64,000 nt of DNA from Bacillota bacterium (GTDB lineage Bacteria > Bacillota > Dethiobacteria > DTU022): positions 68,314 through 132,313 of the forward strand of contig JAWSUE010000010.1 of NCBI GenBank assembly GCA_033549065.1. Direction: 5' to 3'. The notes under the pieces are model-generated. The model had not been told where the DNA came from, did not search any database, and worked only from the letters and a program-made list of their open reading frames with translations. Positions within the stretch are counted from its first letter, which is position 1, and the number at the start of each line of letters is the position of its first letter. The translations under genes and the position numbers were made by a program. Below, piece by piece: positions 39,366 to 49,668 of the stretch.

Positions 39366-40430
39366 ATGTACCCTCACTTTACTTTAAGTGGAACTCCTTA
39401 CGAAATAGGGTTAAAACATGGTTCACTGGCAAAAGAACTAGTTATCAGGAACATCACAGGATACGAAAAGTTATTCAGAGATTTAAACGGTCTGTCCTGG
39501 GATTCTGTAATTAATGAGGCTATTAATTATATCCCGGCAATTAAAAAGTTTGATGAAGATCTAATTGAGGAAATGAAGGGCCTTGCTGATGGGGCTGGTG
39601 TGGATTTTAACTCTATTCTTGCGCTGAACTGCCGTAGCGAACTGATAATGAACTCTAAAATGATCGATGCCATCGGGGGATGTACCAGCTTTGGCATTAT
39701 GCCAGAAAAAACATCAGGGTCGACTTACATGGGGCAGAACTGGGATTTCTTTGAATCCCAAAAAGATGTAATTATTGTCCTGGAGATAGATCAGGCAAAT
39801 AAACCAAAAATACTGATGATCACTGAAGCCGGAATTATCGGAAAGATCGGTATTAATTCAAACGGCCTGGCTGTATGTCTGAATGCTTTGGTTACAGAAC
39901 AGGTAACAGATGGCACTCCGCTTCACCTGGTGCTCAGAGGAATATTAAATGCCCCAAACCTTAATGCTGCAGTCGCGACAGCACAGGGCAGTGAAATTGC
40001 TTCGGCGTGTAATTTTTTAATAGGCCAGCAGGGGGTAACAGTTATCTCCATGGAAATGATCCCTGATGATTTTGAAATTATATTTCCTGATGAAGGGACA
40101 ATCATTCATACCAACCATATATTAAGTGACAGGCTTGACCGGAAGGTTGTAGATTTGGGCAGGGGTTTTGGTTTTTCTACATTTTTCCGTTTGCAGAGGG
40201 CAAAGAAGCTTTATGGAGAGGTAAGCGAGCATGATCTGGACTCGATCATGGCACTTCAGAGTGATCATGTAAATTTTCCCAACTCGATTTGCGCTCACAT
40301 GGATCCTGATAAGCCGCAGAGTATGCGCACGATCTTTTCAGTTATATTTGACCTGGAAACATGCTCTTTATATTTATCTTCCGGTTACCCATGTGAAAGC
40401 GAATATAAGAATATTTCTTTTATAGATTGA
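39366..40430 (+). CDS. Peptidase C45 / acyl-CoA:6-aminopenicillanic acid acyltransferase-family Ntn hydrolase
   Basis: N-terminus FTLSGTPYEIGLKHG and the G-C autoproteolytic nucleophile site (IGGCTSF). Confidence 0.75.
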   Translation: MYPHFTLSGTPYEIGLKHGSLAKELVIRNITGYEKLFRDLNGLSWDSVINEAINYIPAIKKFDEDLIEEMKGLADGAGVDFNSILALNCRSELIMNSKMIDAIGGCTSFGIMPEKTSGSTYMGQNWDFFESQKDVIIVLEIDQANKPKILMITEAGIIGKIGINSNGLAVCLNALVTEQVTDGTPLHLVLRGILNAPNLNAAVATAQGSEIASACNFLIGQQGVTVISMEMIPDDFEIIFPDEGTIIHTNHILSDRLDRKVVDLGRGFGFSTFFRLQRAKKLYGEVSEHDLDSIMALQSDHVNFPNSICAHMDPDKPQSMRTIFSVIFDLETCSLYLSSGYPCESEYKNISFID

Positions 40431-40465
40431 TAATGTTCTTATAAATATATAAAGAAGGTGATGGA

Positions 40466-41233
40466 ATGAAAAAGGAAGCTTTACTTTCTGAAAAGGTGAG
40501 CATTATAACCGGCGGGGCTTCCGGCATTGGCCTGGCGACAGCCCTGGTATTTGCCAGGGAAGGGGCAAGGGTAATTATCGCTGATATTAATTTTGAAGCA
40601 GGCCGGGCAGCAGCTAAACAATGTAATGAAATTTCTAATCTTGGTCATACTTATGTTGAAACCGATGTTCTAGATAAAACCAGCGTGTTGAAACTAACAG
40701 ATACTGTTCTCGAAGAAAGTATGCGGATAGACATTTTGATTAACTGTGCGGGTGGGTTCAGCCAGGGTCGGGAAACCGTCGACATCCCTGAGGAAGAATG
40801 GGATTATATTATTGATTTAAATCTTAAATCAGCATTTTTATGCTGCCAGGCGGTTATCCCATCAATGAAGAATCAAAGGTATGGCAGGATTGTTAACCTC
40901 TCATCAGATTCGGGGCGCAGTGCGATTACTCTCTCGGCTTCACACTATGCGGCTGCAAAAGCAGCTATCCTGGGATTTACCAGACACCTGGCCAGGGAAC
41001 TTGGACCATATAATATATACGTCAATGCAGTTGCTCCCGGGACAACTCTGACTGAACGTATTGAAAAAGTTCGGTCCGAGGAATTCAAGAAAATGGCTGC
41101 CGGTTTTTCTCCGCTCGGCCGCTTGGCCGAAGTTGGAGAACAGGCTGAGGCAATTCTCTTTCTTGCGTCAGACCGCGCTTCTTATATTACGGGAGCTACC
41201 CTCGATGTGAGCGGTGGCAGAATCATGTTCTAA
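40466..41233 (+). CDS. SDR-family oxidoreductase (FabG-like)
   Basis: TGGASGIG Rossmann motif and Yx3K catalytic motif (YAAAK). Confidence 0.8.
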   Translation: MKKEALLSEKVSIITGGASGIGLATALVFAREGARVIIADINFEAGRAAAKQCNEISNLGHTYVETDVLDKTSVLKLTDTVLEESMRIDILINCAGGFSQGRETVDIPEEEWDYIIDLNLKSAFLCCQAVIPSMKNQRYGRIVNLSSDSGRSAITLSASHYAAAKAAILGFTRHLARELGPYNIYVNAVAPGTTLTERIEKVRSEEFKKMAAGFSPLGRLAEVGEQAEAILFLASDRASYITGATLDVSGGRIMF

Positions 41234-41470
41234 ATTTTATATTGCTTTTTTTTTGTAAAACCGATATCATCATTACTATCAGGTTGTCTGTTTGTGTTCA
41301 ATATGAAGGTCAAAATATATGACGAAAAAAAAGGAGATCATAAATCTTACTCGAAACTGTAGTATAAACATTTAGCAGGGTTGAAATATTATAGAAATCC
41401 ATATGTAACCCGAAAGTTATTAATCGGCATGATATGACATAGATGATTCGAACATGAAGGAGTTGGACCG

Positions 41471-42325
41471 ATGACATTTTGGGTAGTTCAATTGTTGAAT
41501 GGATTGGCATTTTCGTCTCTATTATTTCTGCTTTCTGTAGGTTTTACCTTGATTTTCGGTTTGATGAGAATCTTGAAGTTAACCCATGGCGCCTTTTTTG
41601 CTCTTGGAGGCTACGTTGGATTAACAGTTCTTCAGGTAACAGGTAATTTTTACCTGGCCATCCTTGCCGGTGGAGCAGCAATGACTATCATCGGCTTACT
41701 TCAGCACAAAATTTTACTTCATCGATTCCACGGTATTCCCCTGAACCAGGTCTTACTCACCCTTGGACTCTGGCTGATTTATGATGATATTATTTTGGTC
41801 ATTTGGGGAGGAATCCCCCAGAGAGTTCCGCCACCACCACTTCTTGAGGGTGCCATGTCTGTCTTTGGCACTGCATTTCCCAAATATCGGTTTGCCCTTA
41901 TTCTGCTTGGTGTCGTAGTTGCCATTGTCGTCTGGTTAATTATTGAAAAGACAAAGCTTGGTGCTGTTATCCGAGCAGGGGCGGATAATGAAGAAATTGC
42001 CCGGGCGATGGGTATTAATGTCAATAAAGTCTTTATTTTTGCTTTCGGTTTCGGCTCATTCCTGGCTGGTATCGCCGGTGTCCTTGGCGCTCCATTGCTC
42101 GGACTTGAACCGGCAACATCCAGTCTAATTCTTCCACTTGCCCTGGTTGTAGTCATCGTCGGGGGTTTGGGTAGCTTAAAGGGTGCAATGGTTGGAAGTC
42201 TATTCGTTGGCCTTGTGGATAATTTCGGCCGGGTATTGATTCCCGATTTTGCTTATTTTACACTTTTTGCGCCAATGGCCCTGATTCTTATTTTCAGACC
42301 ACAGGGTATGTTTGGTCGAAAATAA
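41471..42325 (+). CDS. livH: Branched-chain amino acid-type ABC transporter permease (LivH family)
   Basis: 284 aa polytopic. GAAGGAG site. Confidence 0.75.
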   Translation: MTFWVVQLLNGLAFSSLLFLLSVGFTLIFGLMRILKLTHGAFFALGGYVGLTVLQVTGNFYLAILAGGAAMTIIGLLQHKILLHRFHGIPLNQVLLTLGLWLIYDDIILVIWGGIPQRVPPPPLLEGAMSVFGTAFPKYRFALILLGVVVAIVVWLIIEKTKLGAVIRAGADNEEIARAMGINVNKVFIFAFGFGSFLAGIAGVLGAPLLGLEPATSSLILPLALVVVIVGGLGSLKGAMVGSLFVGLVDNFGRVLIPDFAYFTLFAPMALILIFRPQGMFGRK

Positions 42326-42343
42326 AGGAGGGTGACAACAAGT

Positions 42344-43336
42344 ATGATAGCTGCGATTATAACCAAAAACAAATACAAGGTGATATTCCTGGTTGCCATG
42401 TTAGTGTTACTGGTCCTGGCGCCCCAGTTTGTATCACGTTTTACCGTTACATTGATAACTCTATGTTTTGTTTATAGCATCCTGGCCATGAGCCTTGATT
42501 TACTGGCCGGTTATATGGGTTATGCCTCCTTGGGCCATGCTGCATTTTTTGGTGTAGCCGCTTACTCGGTGGCCATTGCAAACACAAAGATGGGGTACAG
42601 CTTTTTACCATCAGTAATATTTTCCCTGGCCATAACTATTTTTCTTGCCCTGATTTTTGGTCTCTTGGTTTCCAGTCTTAAAGGAGTTCAGTTTACCCTT
42701 GTGAACCTTGCCCTCGGTCAGGTAATCTGGGGTGTGGCTTATCGCTGGTATAATCTTACCGGTGGAGATGATGGACTTCGAGGTGTAGCCAGACCGGAAA
42801 TCGGTTCACTGGTGTTACGAGGTGATTCATTCTATTATTTTGCATTAATTGTTTTTGTCGTATCGTTGATCTGCCTGGTCATGCTGGTTCAATCACCCTT
42901 TGGACAAACAATCAGGGGTATTAAACTCAGTGAATCACGAATGCGGGTTTTAGGCTATAACGTATTTTTACATAAGTACCTGAATTATATTATTGCCGGT
43001 TTTTTTGCCGGCGTAGCCGGGATATTAATGGTTTACTTCAATACTTATATAGGACCAAGTTCTTTGGAAGTGTTTGCTTCAGCTTCAGCGCTGTTGATGG
43101 TTCTGGTAGGCGGAGCCGGAACACTATTTGGTCCCATCATCGGTGCATCTTTTGTCGTTCTGTTGGAAAACTTCTTCAGCGCACAGACTGAAAGATGGAT
43201 GATGATTATGGGTTTACTGTACGTATCAGTGGTGCTGTTTCTGCCCGGAGGAATTTTTGGTCTTTTCAAAAACCTGATTAACCGTATTTTTTCCAGGAAA
43301 ATTCAGAAGCCTGTTTCTGATAGCATTGATAAATAG
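42344..43336 (+). CDS. livM: Branched-chain amino acid-type ABC transporter permease (LivM family)
   Basis: ATG 42344 lies 9 nt after AAAGGAGGGTG. Polytopic. Confidence 0.75.
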   Translation: MIAAIITKNKYKVIFLVAMLVLLVLAPQFVSRFTVTLITLCFVYSILAMSLDLLAGYMGYASLGHAAFFGVAAYSVAIANTKMGYSFLPSVIFSLAITIFLALIFGLLVSSLKGVQFTLVNLALGQVIWGVAYRWYNLTGGDDGLRGVARPEIGSLVLRGDSFYYFALIVFVVSLICLVMLVQSPFGQTIRGIKLSESRMRVLGYNVFLHKYLNYIIAGFFAGVAGILMVYFNTYIGPSSLEVFASASALLMVLVGGAGTLFGPIIGASFVVLLENFFSAQTERWMMIMGLLYVSVVLFLPGGIFGLFKNLINRIFSRKIQKPVSDSIDK

Positions 43337-43434
43337 TCTGCAGGATAATTATTGGCAGCAGGAGGTGAATTAGGGGGCAACTACTTTATGAATACTGTAT
43401 TACTGCTTACAATTCTGAGAGGAGAGTAATCTGC

Positions 43435-44703
43435 ATGATTAAAAAGATGACGGTTGGCTTGTTGGTTTTGCTAATGGTAACTGCGCTGTTCGCGGTTGCA
43501 GGATGTGGAGGAGATACAACAACACCTCCAACAGAAGAACCTGGTGAAAATGGCGAGGATCTTCCGGTAATTAAAATTGGCTTCCTTGCTCCGTTAACCG
43601 GGACTTTTGCAGCCAGTGGTGTTGACATGCGTGACGGTATGCTGCTTTACCTGTTCGAAAAAGACTCGGTTCTGGCTGGCTATAAAATCGAGGTTGTCGT
43701 TGAAGATACCGCCGGTAACCCTGATGTAGCTCTGACCAAGGCCCGTCGTTTAGTCGAACAGGAGAACGTTGATTTTCTGATGGGTGGTCTGCTCGCTTCA
43801 GAGGGATATGCTCTCTACGAGTATGCCAAAGATATGGAAATTACCTATCTGGCTCCAATCCCTTCATCTGAAACCCTGACCAAGGGCGATGTAAGCGACT
43901 ATTTCCTGAGGACCGGATGGTCCAGTGCTCAGCCGATGATGCCCCTTGGCGAATGGATGTACGAGAATGGATACAGAAAAGTAGTTTATATCGCCATGGA
44001 CTATGCCTTCGGTTATGAAACTGCCGGTGGATTCCAGAGAGCGTTCGAGAATGCCGGTGGAGAAGTAGTCAAAAAGATCTGGACTCCAATCGGTGTCCCC
44101 GACTTTGGTCCTTACCTGGCTGAGATTGCCGGGATGGCCGGTGAAATTGATGCTGTTGTTGCTACTATAGTCGGTGGTGATGCAACAAGATTTATCCCTG
44201 CTTATGCTGAATATGGTCTCAAAGATCTGCTGCCGTTGTTTGGCCCGGGTAACCTTACCGACCAATCGACTATGCAGACCATGGGTGATGAATGCCTCGG
44301 TATTATTACGGCACTCCACTATACTGATGGTATAGATACTCCCGAAAATAAGGCATATGATCAGGCATTCCGTAATCGCTACGGCCGGATGAACGGATAC
44401 TTCAATGAAGGTCCCTATACCGGGATGATGGCTTTCGAAGCAACTCTGGAGATGGTTGGTGAAAACTACAATGATCCAATCGCTTTTGCGGAAGCATTTC
44501 GCCAAATCGAGCTGATTGCACCACGTGGCCCGATGTCTATTGATGATTACAACCATCCTGTTTACAAAGTCTACATTTCTGAGGTTAAGAGGATCGATGG
44601 GATATTACGTAATATTCCATTTGACGAAATTGAAAATGTTACACAGTGGGGACCCTATACACCTGAAGAATACATGGCTTTGCCGTTATACGAAAGAGAC
44701 TAG
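43435..44703 (+). CDS. ABC transporter substrate-binding lipoprotein (LivJ/K, periplasmic binding protein type I)
   Basis: Lipobox AVAGCG, type I periplasmic-binding fold, 422 aa. Confidence 0.8.
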   Translation: MIKKMTVGLLVLLMVTALFAVAGCGGDTTTPPTEEPGENGEDLPVIKIGFLAPLTGTFAASGVDMRDGMLLYLFEKDSVLAGYKIEVVVEDTAGNPDVALTKARRLVEQENVDFLMGGLLASEGYALYEYAKDMEITYLAPIPSSETLTKGDVSDYFLRTGWSSAQPMMPLGEWMYENGYRKVVYIAMDYAFGYETAGGFQRAFENAGGEVVKKIWTPIGVPDFGPYLAEIAGMAGEIDAVVATIVGGDATRFIPAYAEYGLKDLLPLFGPGNLTDQSTMQTMGDECLGIITALHYTDGIDTPENKAYDQAFRNRYGRMNGYFNEGPYTGMMAFEATLEMVGENYNDPIAFAEAFRQIELIAPRGPMSIDDYNHPVYKVYISEVKRIDGILRNIPFDEIENVTQWGPYTPEEYMALPLYERD

Positions 44704-44716
44704 TAGAGTTATAAAC

Positions 44717-44750
44717 ATCCCGGCTGTTATTATTACAGCCGGGATTGTTT
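44717..44750 (+). terminator. Rho-independent terminator/attenuator
   Basis: ATCCCGGCTGT-tattatt-ACAGCCGGGAT followed by TGTTTAAAAA. Confidence 0.55.
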
Positions 44751-44851
44751 AAAAACCATCATGCTAGAAAGTTCAGGCTGGAGTAAAATTTTTATTGACG
44801 ATAACCCGGGCAGGAGGATACCGGTTTTATCTAGGGGGAGAGAGGATAATA

Positions 44852-45628
44852 GTGGTTAACGAGAAGAAAGGTTTGGAACCAATTGTAGTTATTGAAAATG
44901 TTACAAAGAGATTCGGGGGGCTTGTTGCTGTCGATGACGTGAGCCTTAAAGTTTATCCCGGCGAGAGACACTCAATAATAGGTTCTAATGGTGCCGGAAA
45001 GACCACCCTGTTTAACATGATCAGCGGAGAGCTTAGTGTGACCAGTGGAAAAATATATATTAAAGGTATTGACGTAACTGACATGAAAACTTATAAAAGA
45101 GTTCCCCTGGGATTGGCCCGGACATTCCAGATTACCAACCTGTTTCCTACTTTAAGTGTTTTGGAGAACGTTATTTTGGGTCTTCAGGGTATTAAGCCTT
45201 CCAAGTTCGTCATGTGGAAACCTTTAAGCAGTTACCGGGAGTACTATGAAGAAGCCGAGAATTTATTAAACCAGTTTGACCTGTGGAGGCTGAAAGATAC
45301 CCTGGTTAAAAATCTCTCCTACGGCGATCAGCGCCTGATGGAAGTAATTCTCGGTTTGGCCAGTAAGCCTGAAATATTAGCGCTGGATGAACCCAGTTCA
45401 GGTCTTTCCAGTGCCGAAACCGACCGCTTGATCGATGTATTGAATGGTTTAGAGAAAGAACTGACTATCATTCTGATCGAGCATGACATGAAGGTTGCTT
45501 ATGATGTAACCGAGAATATGACAGTGCTTGCTGATGGTGTTGTTGTTGCCGAAGGAACCGTTGAAGAGGTTCGGAATAACGAGCGGGTTAAAGAAATTTA
45601 TCTTGGAAAGGTTGCGACACAACAATGA
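44852..45628 (+). CDS. livG: ABC transporter ATP-binding protein (LivG family)
   Basis: GTG 44852 lies 7 nt after GGGGGAGAGAGG. Walker A GSNGAGKTT. Confidence 0.8.
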   Translation: MVNEKKGLEPIVVIENVTKRFGGLVAVDDVSLKVYPGERHSIIGSNGAGKTTLFNMISGELSVTSGKIYIKGIDVTDMKTYKRVPLGLARTFQITNLFPTLSVLENVILGLQGIKPSKFVMWKPLSSYREYYEEAENLLNQFDLWRLKDTLVKNLSYGDQRLMEVILGLASKPEILALDEPSSGLSSAETDRLIDVLNGLEKELTIILIEHDMKVAYDVTENMTVLADGVVVAEGTVEEVRNNERVKEIYLGKVATQQ

Positions 45629-46326
45629 TTCTTAATGTTGAAGGAGTTCACACCTATTATGGTGACAGCCACATTTTACATGGGGTTGATATCGGTGTTG
45701 AAGAGAACCAGGTTATCGCCCTTTTAGGCCGGAACGGTGTTGGCAAAACTACCTTGGTAAGGACTATTATGGGTATAGTTCAACCGAAAGAGGGCAGGAT
45801 TGAATTTAATGGAGAAGATATTACCCGTAAGCCTTCAGATATGATAGCCCGTAGAGGTCTCGGATATGTTCCCCAGGGAAGATTTGTCTTCCCCTCGCTT
45901 ACCGTTATGGAGCACCTGCAGGTTGTAGCCCGCAATTCAGAAAATGGAGCCGGTTGGACAATTGAAAAAGCACTGGACTTTTTCCCGCGTCTAAAAGAGC
46001 GCCTGAAAAACAGGGGAGATGAACTGTCCGGTGGAGAACAGCAGATGCTGGTTATAGCCAGAGCCCTGGTTACAAATCCAAAGATGCTGATCATGGACGA
46101 ACCTACGGAAGGGTTGGCCCCTGTTATTGTTGAAGAAGTGGGCAAGCTGATTCATGATATCAAGAATCAGGGTTATCCGATATTTCTGGTAGAACAAAAT
46201 ATATCTTTTGCTACCGAAGTTGCTGATGTGACCTATATTATGTCGAAAGGTACTATAGTCTACAAGGGATTGCCGCAGGAACTGCTTGCCGACAAAGCCT
46301 GTATGGATGAACATCTCTGCGTCTAG
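45625..46326 (+). CDS. livF: ABC transporter ATP-binding protein (LivF family)
   Basis: Walker A GRNGVGKTT, LSGGEQQ signature motif. ATGA overlap with the previous gene. Confidence 0.8.
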   Translation: MILNVEGVHTYYGDSHILHGVDIGVEENQVIALLGRNGVGKTTLVRTIMGIVQPKEGRIEFNGEDITRKPSDMIARRGLGYVPQGRFVFPSLTVMEHLQVVARNSENGAGWTIEKALDFFPRLKERLKNRGDELSGGEQQMLVIARALVTNPKMLIMDEPTEGLAPVIVEEVGKLIHDIKNQGYPIFLVEQNISFATEVADVTYIMSKGTIVYKGLPQELLADKACMDEHLCV

Positions 46327-46392
46327 GCATTTAGCGATAATGTTTTTTAATAAATCAGGCTTAAGTGTCAATTTGCCTTTGGGGGTTTTAAG

Positions 46393-47247
46393 ATGCGATT
46401 AACAGATAATATATATTTTTCTCGTCTTGATTTTGATATTAACATGCCTGATGGTTCTAAAAATTCCAGGATGACTTATGCGGTATTGTTAAAATACCGG
46501 GATATTTGCCTGGTTGACAGTGGTGTAATGCCTACCATAAATGATCTTTTAAAAATGTTTAAAGAGGCAGAGGTGGAAGCCGGAGATATTAATTATTTAA
46601 TCAACACCCACTGCCACTTTGATCATTCGGGGGGGAATGCTCTTCTTAAAGAGCTTAATCCTCATTTGCAGTTAATGTCTCACCCTGCAGGGCAGGAATT
46701 TATAGAGTCCCCTGAAGCTCAAAATTCTGTAAGGCCGGTTCCATCATACAGGGACCTTGTTAAAGACGGCGTAAAGGTAGACAGGCTGCTTGCAGAAGGC
46801 GATCTGATTGACATAGGAACGCCACTTGAAATAATCTATACCCCCGGCCATTCCAGGGATTCAATAAGCGTCTACCTGCCAAAGGAAAAACTGGTAATTG
46901 TCGGAGATGCCATTCCTCTTAGCGGAGATCTTCCTATCTATGAAGATCTCAATGCACTGAAAGAATCCCTTAATAAAATTGGCAAACTCGACTATCGATA
47001 CATGCTGACAGCTTTTCAGGGTTTATATGATAGAAATGAAGATCCGGATGGAAAAAATAATCCCATAGATCAAGCCCTGGGATATCTGGATGTCATTGAT
47101 AAACATGTTAAGTCTATAACGGATGATGATCCATCCCTTAGTGTTAATGAAATTACCGGCAAATTAGTATCTGAATTGAACCTTCCACCGAAATTCCCTC
47201 CATTTGTATACACGAGTGTTGCAGAGCATGTAAAAAATTTAAAATAA
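46393..47247 (+). CDS. MBL-fold metallo-hydrolase
   Basis: HCHFDHSGG metal-binding motif. Confidence 0.7.
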   Translation: MRLTDNIYFSRLDFDINMPDGSKNSRMTYAVLLKYRDICLVDSGVMPTINDLLKMFKEAEVEAGDINYLINTHCHFDHSGGNALLKELNPHLQLMSHPAGQEFIESPEAQNSVRPVPSYRDLVKDGVKVDRLLAEGDLIDIGTPLEIIYTPGHSRDSISVYLPKEKLVIVGDAIPLSGDLPIYEDLNALKESLNKIGKLDYRYMLTAFQGLYDRNEDPDGKNNPIDQALGYLDVIDKHVKSITDDDPSLSVNEITGKLVSELNLPPKFPPFVYTSVAEHVKNLK

Positions 47248-47278
47248 TTTAGATCAAATAAATCAAAGGAGAACTACC

Positions 47279-48352
47279 ATGGGAGATACCTATCCTACCT
47301 TAAAAGTTGCGGCTGTCCAGGCTGTGCCGGTATTTCTTGATCGGGAAGCAACTACGGAAAAAGCATGTAAATTAATCCGGGAAGCCGGAGAGGGAGGAGC
47401 AAAATTTATAGTATTTCCGGAAGGTTTTATTCCTTCTCACCCGGTATGGTATCATTTTCACCCGGGCACAAGTTCTACAGGAATCAAGCTGAGTGTTGAA
47501 CTCTTCAAGAATTCTGTCGAAATCCCCGGCCCACAGATTACCGATCTCTGCCAGGCGGCCAAAGATGCTGAAGCCTATGTTGTAATGGGACTTTGTGAAA
47601 AATTACCTAATACTATTGGAACAATGTATAACACGCAGGTTTTTATCGGTCCTGACGGAAGTTACCTGGGCAAACATCAGAAGCTTGCGCCTACGGTTGG
47701 AGAGAGGTTGGTCCATAAAGGCGGGTTTGGTGACACTTTCGGTACTATTGAAACCGAGTATGGTCCTGTCAGCGGCCTGCTCTGCAGTGAAAACTCCAAT
47801 CCTTTGATGATCATGGCTTTATGCGCCGAAGGTACCAGAATCCATGCTGCGGCATGGCCAAATCATTGGAGCAAACTCCAGAAGTCAATGAAAGAATTTG
47901 TATCAATAGCTACATTGAATTTTGCTCAGGCTACAAAAGCATTTGTGATCAGTTCATGCGCTACAGTAGATGAACGAATGATCAAAATGATGGAATTAAC
48001 CCCTGAAGAAGAAAATATACTTAGAGAACCTGAATATGCCGGAGGGTCGATGATTGCGGCTCCCAATGGCAAATTGATAGCCGGACCCATGGGAAATGAA
48101 GAAGGTATCCTTTATGCAGATATTGATCTTGAACTATCTGTAAGACATAAGCTGGAGCATGATTTTGCCGGTCACTATAATCGTTCTGATGTATTTCAGC
48201 TGTTTATTAACAGAAATGCTCCACAACTATATATCCAGCAGGGAAAAAAATTTCCCGATCCGGAAAATCTTTTTGAAAAGATTCAGGATTCATCAGATAT
48301 TGATGAGTTGGCTTTGAATTATTTTCAGGATGAAGAATCAGATGGATGTTAA
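47279..48352 (+). CDS. Nitrilase-family carbon-nitrogen hydrolase
   Basis: Catalytic triad context FPEGF (Glu), Lys, and LLCSEN (Cys). 357 aa. Confidence 0.75.
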   Translation: MGDTYPTLKVAAVQAVPVFLDREATTEKACKLIREAGEGGAKFIVFPEGFIPSHPVWYHFHPGTSSTGIKLSVELFKNSVEIPGPQITDLCQAAKDAEAYVVMGLCEKLPNTIGTMYNTQVFIGPDGSYLGKHQKLAPTVGERLVHKGGFGDTFGTIETEYGPVSGLLCSENSNPLMIMALCAEGTRIHAAAWPNHWSKLQKSMKEFVSIATLNFAQATKAFVISSCATVDERMIKMMELTPEEENILREPEYAGGSMIAAPNGKLIAGPMGNEEGILYADIDLELSVRHKLEHDFAGHYNRSDVFQLFINRNAPQLYIQQGKKFPDPENLFEKIQDSSDIDELALNYFQDEESDGC

Positions 48353-48387
48353 TAAATAACTAATCAGCCCGGTGGGAGAGTTTATAG

Positions 48388-49530
48388 ATGAAAAAGGTTC
48401 TTATTGTTGACAGTAATTATGAAAACTGCATTGAAGCTGTAAGGGAAGTATTTGCCCAATTCCCTTCGAATCTGCGTGGGAAAAAGGTTGCCGTTAAGGT
48501 AAACGCGATCAAAGCAGGCGACCCGGACAAAGATGCCTTTACAACCAACTATAATTTTGTTAAAGCAGTAATCAGTCACCTGGAAACTCTCGGGCCATCG
48601 TCAATTGTTGTCGGTGATTCTGTGGGAACCGAGTCGTACGGTAATTCTGATGATGTTTTCACCAGGGCCAGGCTGAAAGAAGCTGCCGGTCCCTATTATA
48701 AAAACTTTAATCAGAATCTTGAACTGGTAGAATTGGGAAGACCTCTCAAACGAAAAGTGGCGGTATTGAAGGATATCCTTGATGCCGATTTTTATATTTC
48801 GCTCCCAAAATTGAAAACCCATGGATTAACCCTGCTGAGCGGGGGAATGAAAAATAATTTTGGACTGCTCACGGGAGCTCAAAAATCCTGGTACCATTAT
48901 TACTCAAAAACACCGGAAGCTTTTGCCTCGATCGTAACTGAAATGTTCCGTTTGCGACCCCCTGATCTGGTTGTCATGGATGCCGTTTTGGCTATGGAAG
49001 GTTACGGCCCGGCTTCTCCTGAAACTAGGTGGGTAAAAAAAGTAATTGCCTCAGATGATGCAGTAGCGCTCGATACAGTTGCTGCTAAAATTGTTGGATT
49101 TACCGTAGAAGAAGTGCCCACTTTATCCCAGGCCAGGGATTTAAGTTTGGGGGAAACTTTCCTGGAGAACATTGAGATTATTGGTGAGGCCCCTACTATA
49201 CAGGAATACCATCGTCCCACACCGCCTGAATTGTCTTACAGCTATAAAGCCGGGGTAGGCTCGGGCAGGACTTCAATCGAATTCTACCGGGTCCGGGTTG
49301 CCATGCGGCCGGTTTTTGATCCTGAAAAATGTCAGGCAGGTTGTACAATATGTGTCGATAACTGTCTATTTAAAGCTCTAAGCAGGGATGAGGGATTACC
49401 TGAGATTAATCCTGCTTTGTGTATGTTATGCAGTGGTTGCAAGGAAATTTGCCCTTATGATGCGGTACAGCTTCTACCGGATGATACGATAGTTAAAGAG
49501 CTGGAAATTAAAGAAAAAGACTGGATGTAA
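48388..49530 (+). CDS. DUF362-domain protein with C-terminal 2x[4Fe-4S] ferredoxin domain
   Basis: N-terminus KVAVKVN...DP resembles DUF362. C-terminus CQAGCTICVDNC...CMLCSGCKEICP. Confidence 0.6.
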   Translation: MKKVLIVDSNYENCIEAVREVFAQFPSNLRGKKVAVKVNAIKAGDPDKDAFTTNYNFVKAVISHLETLGPSSIVVGDSVGTESYGNSDDVFTRARLKEAAGPYYKNFNQNLELVELGRPLKRKVAVLKDILDADFYISLPKLKTHGLTLLSGGMKNNFGLLTGAQKSWYHYYSKTPEAFASIVTEMFRLRPPDLVVMDAVLAMEGYGPASPETRWVKKVIASDDAVALDTVAAKIVGFTVEEVPTLSQARDLSLGETFLENIEIIGEAPTIQEYHRPTPPELSYSYKAGVGSGRTSIEFYRVRVAMRPVFDPEKCQAGCTICVDNCLFKALSRDEGLPEINPALCMLCSGCKEICPYDAVQLLPDDTIVKELEIKEKDWM

Positions 49531-49668
49531 CCCAGGTACATTTCATCTCACTCCCATACCTAAAAAAGTATAAAAAAACAGATTAATCCAGGACAAGTAA
49601 TTTGGCAAATAACGGGAAAAGTTCGTTATTAAATCATTCCAAATGCTGACAAACAGGGGTAGGTTGTA

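Noticed and set aside
41234-41470. T-box riboswitch upstream of the Liv-type transporter
   Set aside because: No T-box consensus (AGGGTGGNACCGCG-like) and no recognisable specifier or antiterminator architecture was found.
43864-44556. 230-aa minus-strand ORF inside the LivJ-like binding-protein gene
   Set aside because: It is antisense to a CDS that has a clear lipobox and binding-protein fold. It has no start context.
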